Assembly (NCBI RefSeq): GCF_049974805.1
Contig: NZ_JBNGCO010000001.1
Location: 23,502 to 87,501 of the forward strand
Reading direction: 5' to 3'
Length of the DNA: 64,000 nucleotides
Source of the DNA: Baaleninema sp.
GTDB lineage: Bacteria; Cyanobacteriota; Cyanobacteriia; Cyanobacteriales; Geitlerinemataceae
Below are positions 27,334-35,364 of this stretch, piece after piece. A model generated the notes under the pieces. It was not told where the DNA came from. It made no database searches and was given only the letters and a program-made list of their open reading frames with translations. Each line of letters starts with the position of its first letter. The first letter of the stretch is position 1. A program made the translations under genes and the position numbers.

Positions 27334-29138
27334 CGCCAATAACCGCGAAGTACCGCCAAATACCGACGGAGATGGAGGCGAGGATCGAGGTAGCGACGAA
27401 CCGTCGAAGTCAGATCGATCGCATCGGAGGATTTCCAACTTCCCAAACACTCAAATTCTTCCCTTTCAAACAATTCCCGACAGCGACGGCGTTGGATTTT
27501 TCCGCTAGAGGTGCGCGGGAGACGACCCGGCGAAAGAACGACGATGGCGAACACTTCCGCGAAATGTTCCTGAAACACCGACCAGCGCACCGTTTCCACG
27601 ATATCCTCGAGGACGAATTGCTTGCGATAGCTGCGATCGATCTCGCAAGCCACCACCAAACGGTCTTCCCCGTCAATTTCGACTGAAAACGCCGCCACGC
27701 CGTTTTTCCGCAGTCCCCGATGACTGGCTTCGATGGTTTGTTCGAGATGTTGGGGGTAGTGGTTGAGTCCCCACAACACCATCACTTCGTGGAGACGACC
27801 CGTGACGAAGAGTTCGCCGTCTCGCCAAAATCCCAAATCTCCCGTTCTCAGAAATCGCGTTCCGTCACCGCCGCGAATTTCGCCGCCAAAGCTGCGTTCG
27901 GTTTCCTGGGGTCGTTTCCAATATCCCTGACAGATGGTCGAACCCGCCACCCAAATCTCGCCGATGCGGTTTTCTCTGACGGGGGTGTGGGTGTGGGAAT
28001 CGACGATGGCGATGGTTCGATTTCCCCAAGTTCGACCGCAACCGACGACCTCGCGGACGCCGGGTTTGTCGGGAGAGAGGGGAACGACGCGATTTTCTCG
28101 CAACGCCGCTTCGTCCAGGGACAAGATGCGCGGTGGGGTGAGTTTGGGACCTCCCGAGACGAACAGCGTCGCTTCCGCCATTCCGTAACAGGGGTAAAAG
28201 GCGTCTCGCCGAAACCCGCAGGCTGCAAAGGTTTCGCTGAATCGATCGAGGGTGGCCGGACGAATGGGTTCGGCGCCGGAAAACGCTACTTCCCAAGAAC
28301 TGAGATCTAAGGTGGCGATTTGGTCGGGGGTGACGTGGCGACAGAGGAGATCGTAGGCGAAGTTGGGGGCGCCGCTGGTGGTGGCGCGATAGCGGGAAAT
28401 GGCGTTCAACCAGCGAATCGGCTTTTGGACGAAATCGATGGGGGAGAAGAAGATGCAGGGACGACCGAGATATAAGGCTTGGATTACCGTTCCGATGAGT
28501 CCCATGTCGTGGAACATGGGAAGCCAACTGACGCCGATGGAGGTGTCGTCGTGACCGAACGCCTGTTTCAGCATGGCTTGGCTGGTGAGGAGGTCGTTGT
28601 GGGTGACGATGACGCCTTTGGGTTGTCCGGTAGACCCCGAGGTGTATTGCAAGAAGGCGATCGTGTCGGGGGCTTGGGAGGCTGGAATCCAGTCGTAATC
28701 AGGGATGAGGCTATCGGTGGCTAGACCGGGAACGGGAAGTTCGGCGGTGAGTTTGGGGAGTTGGGTTTGGGTACTCAGCAGGAGTTTGGCCTCGGCGTCG
28801 CCGAGGCGCTGTTGTAAGTCGATGGCGGTCCGTCGGTTTTGGGGAGGGTGACAGGGTACGGCGATCGATCCGGCGTAGAGACAGCCGAAAAAGGCGGCGA
28901 TGAAGTCCAGTCCGCGAGAGTAGGGGTAGACGAGTAAGATGCGTTCGCCGCTGAGTTGTTGCTGTTGGAGGTGGGAGGCGATCGATCGGGCTTGGCGATC
29001 GAGGTCGCGGTAGGTGAGGGAAATTTCTTCGGTTTCGCCGTTTTTTAGGAAGAGATATGCGGTGCGATCGGGGAATTGTTCGGCGCGATCGCGGAGGAGA
29101 TCGATCGTGGTTTTTGGGGGTGCGACTGCGGCGGCCAT
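27318..29138 (-). CDS. Fatty acyl-AMP ligase (FAAL, adenylate-forming superfamily)
   Basis: 606-aa ORF. AMP-binding motif LQYTSGSTGQPKGV and FAAL-type N-terminus (TIDLLRDRAEQFPDRTAYLFL...SLTYRDLD), plus C-terminal SSGKIQRR. No ACP/PKS gene is adjacent. Confidence 0.9.
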   Translation of the reverse strand: MAAAVAPPKTTIDLLRDRAEQFPDRTAYLFLKNGETEEISLTYRDLDRQARSIASHLQQQQLSGERILLVYPYSRGLDFIAAFFGCLYAGSIAVPCHPPQNRRTAIDLQQRLGDAEAKLLLSTQTQLPKLTAELPVPGLATDSLIPDYDWIPASQAPDTIAFLQYTSGSTGQPKGVIVTHNDLLTSQAMLKQAFGHDDTSIGVSWLPMFHDMGLIGTVIQALYLGRPCIFFSPIDFVQKPIRWLNAISRYRATTSGAPNFAYDLLCRHVTPDQIATLDLSSWEVAFSGAEPIRPATLDRFSETFAACGFRRDAFYPCYGMAEATLFVSGGPKLTPPRILSLDEAALRENRVVPLSPDKPGVREVVGCGRTWGNRTIAIVDSHTHTPVRENRIGEIWVAGSTICQGYWKRPQETERSFGGEIRGGDGTRFLRTGDLGFWRDGELFVTGRLHEVMVLWGLNHYPQHLEQTIEASHRGLRKNGVAAFSVEIDGEDRLVVACEIDRSYRKQFVLEDIVETVRWSVFQEHFAEVFAIVVLSPGRLPRTSSGKIQRRRCRELFEREEFECLGSWKSSDAIDLTSTVRRYLDPRLHLRRYLAVLRGYWRQFWG

Positions 29139-29179
29139 AGTGGAGTTAACGGAGGGGGTACCCGGGAAGGTTGGCGATT

Positions 29180-29220
29180 AACGTATGATAGTTCAACGTA
29201 TGATAGTTCAACGTATGATA
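29180..29220. repeat. Tandem 15-mer direct repeats (aacgtatgatagttc x2.7) about 40 nt upstream of the FAAL start
   Basis: Read directly: aacgtatgatagttc aacgtatgatagttc aacgtatgata. Confidence 0.85.
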
Positions 29221-29461
29221 CAACTGCGGCGCAACGGTGGAAACTCTCTAGGGAACAACAATGTTTTTTAGGGTAATTTCGATCGCGCTGCTTGCTAAGC
29301 TTATTGTTTGAAGCGTCGAGTAATGTAAATAATTTTATCGTTTTTTAAAGAGTTTCGATCGCAATTTCATAATATTAAAAAACATTAAAATTTCACCTCT
29401 AGTCAATCGGGAATATATTAGAGATAATAGAGTTATGTGTAGCATTTTTTAGGGAATTTCC

Positions 29462-30418
29462 ATGATATTTAAAATCTTGAAATCGCCTCGATTGTGGTGG
29501 TCTCTCGGCGCGATCGCGTTGGTGGCGACACCCGCAATTTCAGAAGATCCGCGAGATTTAGTCAAACTGCGGAACGACGGTGTCTGTTCCGGTTGCGATT
29601 TATCCGGCGCCGATTTAGAAAATGCGGAATTTCCTAACGTCAATTTAGAAGACGCCAATTTAGTCGGGGCGGATTTAAGTGAAGCCAAGCTGACGGGGGG
29701 AAATTTAAGCGGCGCGAATTTAGAAATGGCGTCGTTGTGGAGTGCGGATTTATCGGGCGCGAATTTGGAAGGGGCGCGTTTGTTTAAAGCAAATCTCGCG
29801 CGGGCGAATTTATCCAACGCCAATTTACAAATTGCTAACCTTTCGGAATCTCATTTAGAAGCGACGATTTTAACCGGGGCGAGTCTCAGAGGGGCGAATT
29901 TAGAAGGGGCGGATTTACAAGGGGCGAATTTAGAAGGGGCGAACCTTGAAAATGCTATCTTCGAACACGCTGATTTGGAACAAGTGAATTTAGCCCAAGC
30001 GAATTTGTCGGGGGTGAATTTCAATTCTAGCGACTTGTCGGGGGCGAATCTGGAAGGGGCGACGTTACGGGCGGTATCCTTGGATGGAACCAACTTTCAA
30101 TACGCCGATTTGGAAGATGCGATTATCACTGAAGCGGATTTAAATGGAATCGATTTTAAAGGGGCGGATTTGCAAAATGTCGATTTTTCCGGTGTGGATT
30201 TGGAAGGTTCGATTTTTGAAGGGGCGGATTTGAGAAATGCGAATTTCTCCAATTCTAATTTGGAAGGATCAGATTTGGAAGGGGCGAATTTGGAAGGCGT
30301 CTCGCTTCAAGGGGCAAATTTGGAAGATGTGAATTTAACGGGGGTGATATTGGGCGATCGAATTTGTACGGATACGGAAGATTGTATGGCGATTTTAGCG
30401 ACGAACGGACAACTTTAG
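29462..30418 (+). CDS. Pentapeptide-repeat protein with N-terminal signal peptide
   Basis: 318-aa ORF. Signal-like [27 protein letters not shown], then continuous A(D/N)LxG-type pentapeptides ([21 protein letters not shown]...). Confidence 0.9.
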   Translation: MIFKILKSPRLWWSLGAIALVATPAISEDPRDLVKLRNDGVCSGCDLSGADLENAEFPNVNLEDANLVGADLSEAKLTGGNLSGANLEMASLWSADLSGANLEGARLFKANLARANLSNANLQIANLSESHLEATILTGASLRGANLEGADLQGANLEGANLENAIFEHADLEQVNLAQANLSGVNFNSSDLSGANLEGATLRAVSLDGTNFQYADLEDAIITEADLNGIDFKGADLQNVDFSGVDLEGSIFEGADLRNANFSNSNLEGSDLEGANLEGVSLQGANLEDVNLTGVILGDRICTDTEDCMAILATNGQL

Positions 30419-30446
30419 GTTTGAAGGGTCAAAGTCCTTGAAAGTC

Positions 30447-30480
30447 CCTATAGGTGCGTTTCACGCAACGCACCTATAGG
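30447..30480. terminator. Putative bidirectional terminator hairpin between convergent genes
   Basis: Perfect 12-bp stem cctataggtgcg/cgcacctatagg with a 10-nt loop. It overlaps the stop codon of the 637-aa ORF. Confidence 0.45.
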
Positions 30481-32387
30481 GGAGATTGGGTTACACAGTT
30501 GGCGTCGATTAACTGCGATCGATCGGTTTTGACAACCACGCAGCTATCGCCCTTTTTCAGTAAAACGGGACGTTTCCCTCGTTCTAACTCTGAAATTACC
30601 TCAGATACCACGGGATTCAATAAACTGTTAAACAGCCAATCTTTTTGTTTTAAGGGTTGTTTTAAAAAATCTCGATTAAAGGTATTGTTGTCGATAAAAA
30701 AGAAATCGATGTTTCGCTGGCGAACGAGGTCTGAAAATTCCGTTTCGTCGTCGGTGTAATGAGCGCGAATTACGTCTTTTGCGGTATTTCTAAAGTCTCG
30801 GTAATATTCCACCTGATGGGGGATGGCGAACTCTCTCCCGACGAGGATCGATCGACCGGAAAACGCCGGGATATTGTTCGCTTCGGGTAATAGCGACGCC
30901 ACCTTAGTATCTATGGGTTGCTGCGCTAAAAACTCGTAAATTTCGGGAGATTTACCAATTTGCCATCCTTGATAGTTTAAGAATACCACGGGAATCAAGG
31001 GACCCAGGAGTGAGACGATCGAAAAGATTAGGAATAGTCGCACGCCAATGATGTGGAATTTGGGGAATTTTAAGGATGGATTTTGAAGGTTTGCTTTGGC
31101 TAAATCGAGAAAACTGGCGAAGGCGATGGCGGAGGCGATCGAGAGGACAAAACGAAAGCTATGATAGGTGTAGCGACTGGGAAAATGGAATTTGAGTAAG
31201 AATATATGGGCGATTGTAAATAATACTAATGAAGCGAGAATTAAATATAAAATTAAAGCGATTTTTTGAGTGTAATATTTATTTTTAAGGTAAAATATTA
31301 AAATGGGTAACGCCAAGCCCAGGGGTAAAATAGAGGGGAAAATGGGAATTCTTAAGCCGCTCGATCCGTGAAACAGAAAGCGAAACCAAGAGACGCCGAA
31401 ATACTCGTTTCGTCCGCCGAATCCGTACTCGGGCATGGTTTTCATTTGCGAAGTGGTGACGACAGTTCCCGATTCGGAGAAGTTGAGGAAAAACGGGAGT
31501 AAAACCAGAAAACTCACCAGAGAGGCGGCGATAAAAAAACGATATTTTGGGGGGTTTCGAGTTAAAGTAATGCTGTTTTTCGGTCTGTTGGAGAGCTTGC
31601 GATAAGACGAGTTGATGAAATTCCGAAACCGTTGGCGTAGGGGCGAACGGCCGTTCGCCCCTACCTGGGTAGGGGAATCGTAGGAGATCGAATTATACTG
31701 CAATTCTAAGAGACCCCGTTTTGGGCGAATTTCCAACAATCGAACCCCTAAAATTGCAATTTCTAAAAGCATAATTTGCGGATAAAATAAACCCTGTAAG
31801 GCAATGCAAATTAAGAGTAAAATTAAATTTTCTCGAAGTAAAAAATAGCAAAATGCCGCAAAGAGAGGATAGAGAAACGCCCGAGGTGTCGCCGAACTGA
31901 GATCGTCGTTCATCCAAATGGTTTCGTTGAGAACGGTAGCGGATAAAAACGCCAAACTGGGAAGCGAAACCAGTTCCAACGAGGCGGAAAACCAAAACCC
32001 CGTTGTCAGTAAAGACAAGCCGAGGGGGACGAACTTGGCGAAAACTAACGGTTCGAGTCCGAATTGGGCGGGAATTGCGTAAAAGCTGCGGTATCCTAAC
32101 GGGGCGACGGAGAGAAAATAATCGGCGATCGCATCGTTGGGAAACAACGCCGGATCGATAAAGCGTTGCAACCCAACGATATGCTGGCGGGCGTCGTCTT
32201 GAACGATATAGTCGAAACTGAAGGCGTAAACGAGAGAAACCAGTCCGAAATAGAGAGAGACGCCGAGACTGGCGCATCCCCAAAAGTAGCGATCGCCCGA
32301 TTTGTAGTGCAGCCAAGTTTCGAGGATATCGAGTTGTCGTCGCAGCCGATTCATGGAATTACGAGAGTTTTTGGAATTTGGCGACAA
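30474..32387 (-). CDS. Large polytopic membrane protein of unknown function (GT-C-like topology with C-terminal soluble domain)
   Basis: 637-aa ORF with more than 12 hydrophobic helices and an about 150-aa hydrophilic C-terminus. It overlaps the upstream SDR gene by 29 nt, or starts at Met12 (32354), 4 nt after the SDR stop. Confidence 0.7.
   Translation of the reverse strand: MSPNSKNSRNSMNRLRRQLDILETWLHYKSGDRYFWGCASLGVSLYFGLVSLVYAFSFDYIVQDDARQHIVGLQRFIDPALFPNDAIADYFLSVAPLGYRSFYAIPAQFGLEPLVFAKFVPLGLSLLTTGFWFSASLELVSLPSLAFLSATVLNETIWMNDDLSSATPRAFLYPLFAAFCYFLLRENLILLLICIALQGLFYPQIMLLEIAILGVRLLEIRPKRGLLELQYNSISYDSPTQVGANGRSPLRQRFRNFINSSYRKLSNRPKNSITLTRNPPKYRFFIAASLVSFLVLLPFFLNFSESGTVVTTSQMKTMPEYGFGGRNEYFGVSWFRFLFHGSSGLRIPIFPSILPLGLALPILIFYLKNKYYTQKIALILYLILASLVLFTIAHIFLLKFHFPSRYTYHSFRFVLSIASAIAFASFLDLAKANLQNPSLKFPKFHIIGVRLFLIFSIVSLLGPLIPVVFLNYQGWQIGKSPEIYEFLAQQPIDTKVASLLPEANNIPAFSGRSILVGREFAIPHQVEYYRDFRNTAKDVIRAHYTDDETEFSDLVRQRNIDFFFIDNNTFNRDFLKQPLKQKDWLFNSLLNPVVSEVISELERGKRPVLLKKGDSCVVVKTDRSQLIDANCVTQSPL
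31637..31664. repeat. Perfect 28-nt palindrome GTAGGGGCGAACGGCCGTTCGCCCCTAC inside the coding sequence
   Basis: Read directly. It is translated as VGANGRSPL within a hydrophilic loop of the 637-aa protein. Confidence 0.85.
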
Positions 32388-33156
32388 CGCGATCGAAATA
32401 CCCCTCTAACAGCGGATCGATCGCCCCGTGAAATCGCGCCAACATCCCCATCATCAACCCCGGCGCAATCACAAAGCGATTTTGACGAACGCCCTTGACA
32501 ATTTCTCGGGCGATGGCGTCAGGCGTCCAGAGTTTCGCCGTCGCCGTAATCGCCTGAGTTTCCGGGGGTTTGGTGCGGTTTTCCTCCGCCAGTTGCGGCG
32601 TATCCGTATCGGGCGGATACACCACCGAAACGCCGATTCCCTGGGGTTTCAACTCGCCCCGCAAGGATTCCGCCAAACCGCGAACGGCGAATTTACTGGG
32701 ACTGTAGGCACTATAACCGAACAAGCCCACCAATCCCGCCCCGGAAGAGAGAAAGACCAAGTGACCGCGACGGCGTTGTATCATCGCGGGGAGAACGGCG
32801 CGAGTGCAGTAGAGGGAACCGAAGTAATTCACCGACATGGCGCGTTCGTAGGTGTCGGTGTCTAAGTCGGTGACGTAACCCGGTTGGGCGATTCCGGCGG
32901 ATAAGACGAGGAGATCGGGGATTCCCTGACGATCGATCGCTGTTTGGATGGCGGTTTCGGCGGCGGTTCGATCGCTGACATCGGCGGACAGGGCGAGAAC
33001 CTGTTGGGATGTCACCGCTTCGAGTTCGGCTTTGGCGGCGTCGAGTTTGGCGGAATCTCGCGCGAGGATGGAGAGTTTGGCGTTTTGTTGGGCGAATTTG
33101 AGGGCGGTAGCTTTTCCGATTCCACTCGATCCTCCGGTGATGATGATGTGTTGCAT
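32359..33156 (-). CDS. SDR-family oxidoreductase, 3-ketodihydrosphingosine reductase (KDSR/FVT1/Tsc10)-like
   Basis: 265-aa ORF. [10 protein letters not shown] cofactor motif and YSPSK catalytic YxxxK. The stretch [15 protein letters not shown]...[23 protein letters not shown] closely parallels the KDSR segment YSASKFAIRGLAEAL...[23 protein letters not shown] as I recall it. Confidence 0.8.
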   Translation of the reverse strand: [265 protein letters not shown]

Positions 33157-33226
33157 GGGGTTTGGGGATGGGGCGTATGGTTGGCCTGTTCACTGTAAAC
33201 GAACCCGCTCCTCGAACTGAGGGACA

Positions 33227-35338
33227 ATGTTACGATATCGATCGATCCTGTCTCTGCGTGAGAAGCCAGAGGTATTGGTGATGAGGAGAGATCGAGGTGT
33301 GCCGTTGAATCGCAAGAACGTCCGTAAGGACTCCGTACCGTCTAAACGAACGGCTTCGCAATCCCAAGACGCCTTGCAATCGGCATCGCCGGCGTCGTCT
33401 TCGTCTCGGCGCCGTCGCCGCAAGTCTTCCAAATCTGCCAAGTCTCAGCAACGCAAATGGCAACTTCCCCCCTGGCAAGTCTGGGCGTTGTTGTTCGGTC
33501 TCGGTACGATGGGTACTGGAATTACCGCCACAGCGTTGTTGTTGCGGTTGCCCGCCGTTCCGAACTGTCCGTCAATTTTCTGGCCGACGGCTTCGGCGTC
33601 GATGCGGCTTTACTGCGGACAACTGGCGGCAAACAAGAACAATCCCGAGGATTTACTCGAAGCGATCGAACTCGTCAGTAGCGTTTCGGAAGATGCGGGA
33701 TTGCGCCCCACCATCGACCAACATTTGGAACTCTGGACGCAAGATTTACTCGATTTAGCGGAAACGTCCTTTCAAAACGGCAAACTCGTCGAAGCGATCG
33801 ACATCGCCCGTCGCGTTCCCACCGATACTTTACCGCCCCAACCGCGACAAACCTTAGAACGCACCATCGAACTTCGCATCGAGTCTTGGAAAAAGGTTTG
33901 GGCGGAAGGAGAAGACATTTACGAAGCGATCGAAAACCACCTAAAAAACCAACGGTGGACGGCAGCGTTTCGAGAAGCGACGAACCTGTTGGAGGTGGAC
34001 AACCAATATTGGGCGACGACGAAATATCAAGAAATTACCCAGCGCGTCCAACAAGCCCGAGACGATACGAACAAACTCGCCAACGCTCGAAATCTAGCCA
34101 ATCGCGGCGATGTCGATAGTATTCTCGAAGCGATCGCCCTGGCCGAACAAATCGGCTTAGAAAGTCCCGCCTATCCCGTCGCCCAAGACGCCCTGGAAGA
34201 CTACGGAAAGCAACTCCTCGATTTGGCAGATGCCGCGTTGGAGGTGCGAAACCTCACCGAAGCCATTTCCATCGCCCGTCGGGTTCCGGCGAGTACGCAA
34301 CTGAAGGACGAAGCGCGAGATTTCGTGACTCTGGCGCGGGCGCGGTTCTTGGTGTGGCAACCGACGGTGACGAATTTGGAAAACGCCATCGCCCAGGCGC
34401 AAAAGTTGGAAGTGGACAGTCCTTTATATAACGAAGCCCAGCAGTTAATCGGTCAGTGGCGACAAGCCATCGATCGGGTGGCGTTACTGGAACGGGCGCG
34501 AAACACGGCGCGGACGGGCAGCGTGGCGGATTTGACCGCCGCCATCGCCCAGGCGGAACTGGTGTCGAATTCGACGCCGCTGTACGATGAAGCTCAGGAA
34601 GAGATTTCCCGTTGGCGCGATCGCCTGGAAACTTTGGAAGACCGCCCGATTTTGCGGAAAGCCCAAGAGTTGGCGCAACAGGGGGATTACCAATCTGCCA
34701 TCGCCCAAGCGAGTCAGATTTCGCGCGATCGCGCCCTCTACGACGAAGCGCAACAGTGGATTTATCAGTGGCAAAGTGCCATCGCCGAACGGGAAGACCG
34801 ACCGATTCTCAACCGCGCCCAACAGTTGGCGAATCTGGGGAATCTCAACGACGCGATCGCCACCGCCGGGCAAATTCCTTCGAGTAGTCCCCTCTACGAT
34901 GACGCCCAGGCTTCGATCGCGCAATGGTCGGGAAGGATTCGCGATCGCAAACTCCTTGACGAAGCCTACAACATTGCCCGTGGCGGTTCGCCGGAAGCCC
35001 TAGAAGCGGCGATTCGCACGGCCAACGGGATTTCGTCTTATGGCGGTTGGCGCAGCCAAGCCGACGGCGCGATTCGCGATTGGAGTTGGCAGATTTTGGA
35101 GGTAGCCCGCGATCGGGCAACCTACGACCTTTTCGGCGCGATTTCTGCCGCCGAACGAATTCCCTCGTTTAGCGACGCCTACCCGGAGGCGCAACGACTC
35201 ATCGCCGATTGGGACACGGAGTTAAATCCGCCCCCGACGCGGGAAGTGGCGCCAGAGTCCAACGAACTGAAACCCGAAGAAAGTAGTTCGTTTGACGAAC
35301 AAATTCCGGTTCGCGAGTTCGGCCGTCCCCTGGATTGA
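33227..35338 (+). CDS. Membrane-anchored protein with basic N-terminus and at least five tandem repeats of about 53 aa
   Basis: 703-aa ORF. Ser/Arg/Lys-rich N-terminus and one TM (WALLFGLGTMGTGITATALLL). Recurring module ...SPLY(D/N)EAQ..I..W...I......L..A...A..G....AI..A..I. The start could instead be Met19 (33281). Confidence 0.7.
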   Translation: MLRYRSILSLREKPEVLVMRRDRGVPLNRKNVRKDSVPSKRTASQSQDALQSASPASSSSRRRRRKSSKSAKSQQRKWQLPPWQVWALLFGLGTMGTGITATALLLRLPAVPNCPSIFWPTASASMRLYCGQLAANKNNPEDLLEAIELVSSVSEDAGLRPTIDQHLELWTQDLLDLAETSFQNGKLVEAIDIARRVPTDTLPPQPRQTLERTIELRIESWKKVWAEGEDIYEAIENHLKNQRWTAAFREATNLLEVDNQYWATTKYQEITQRVQQARDDTNKLANARNLANRGDVDSILEAIALAEQIGLESPAYPVAQDALEDYGKQLLDLADAALEVRNLTEAISIARRVPASTQLKDEARDFVTLARARFLVWQPTVTNLENAIAQAQKLEVDSPLYNEAQQLIGQWRQAIDRVALLERARNTARTGSVADLTAAIAQAELVSNSTPLYDEAQEEISRWRDRLETLEDRPILRKAQELAQQGDYQSAIAQASQISRDRALYDEAQQWIYQWQSAIAEREDRPILNRAQQLANLGNLNDAIATAGQIPSSSPLYDDAQASIAQWSGRIRDRKLLDEAYNIARGGSPEALEAAIRTANGISSYGGWRSQADGAIRDWSWQILEVARDRATYDLFGAISAAERIPSFSDAYPEAQRLIADWDTELNPPPTREVAPESNELKPEESSSFDEQIPVREFGRPLD

Positions 35339-35364
35339 GATTCTCCCCCTCTCCCCTGCTTCCT

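Noticed and set aside
27720-28527. ORFs of 196 aa (+) and 220 aa (-) inside the FAAL gene
   Set aside because: They overlap a gene with clear adenylate-forming motifs. Their translations are low-complexity.
29449-30093. Minus-strand ORFs with KFAPSKFAP-type repeats
   Set aside because: These are antisense translations of the pentapeptide-repeat gene. Their periodicity is inherited from the sense strand.
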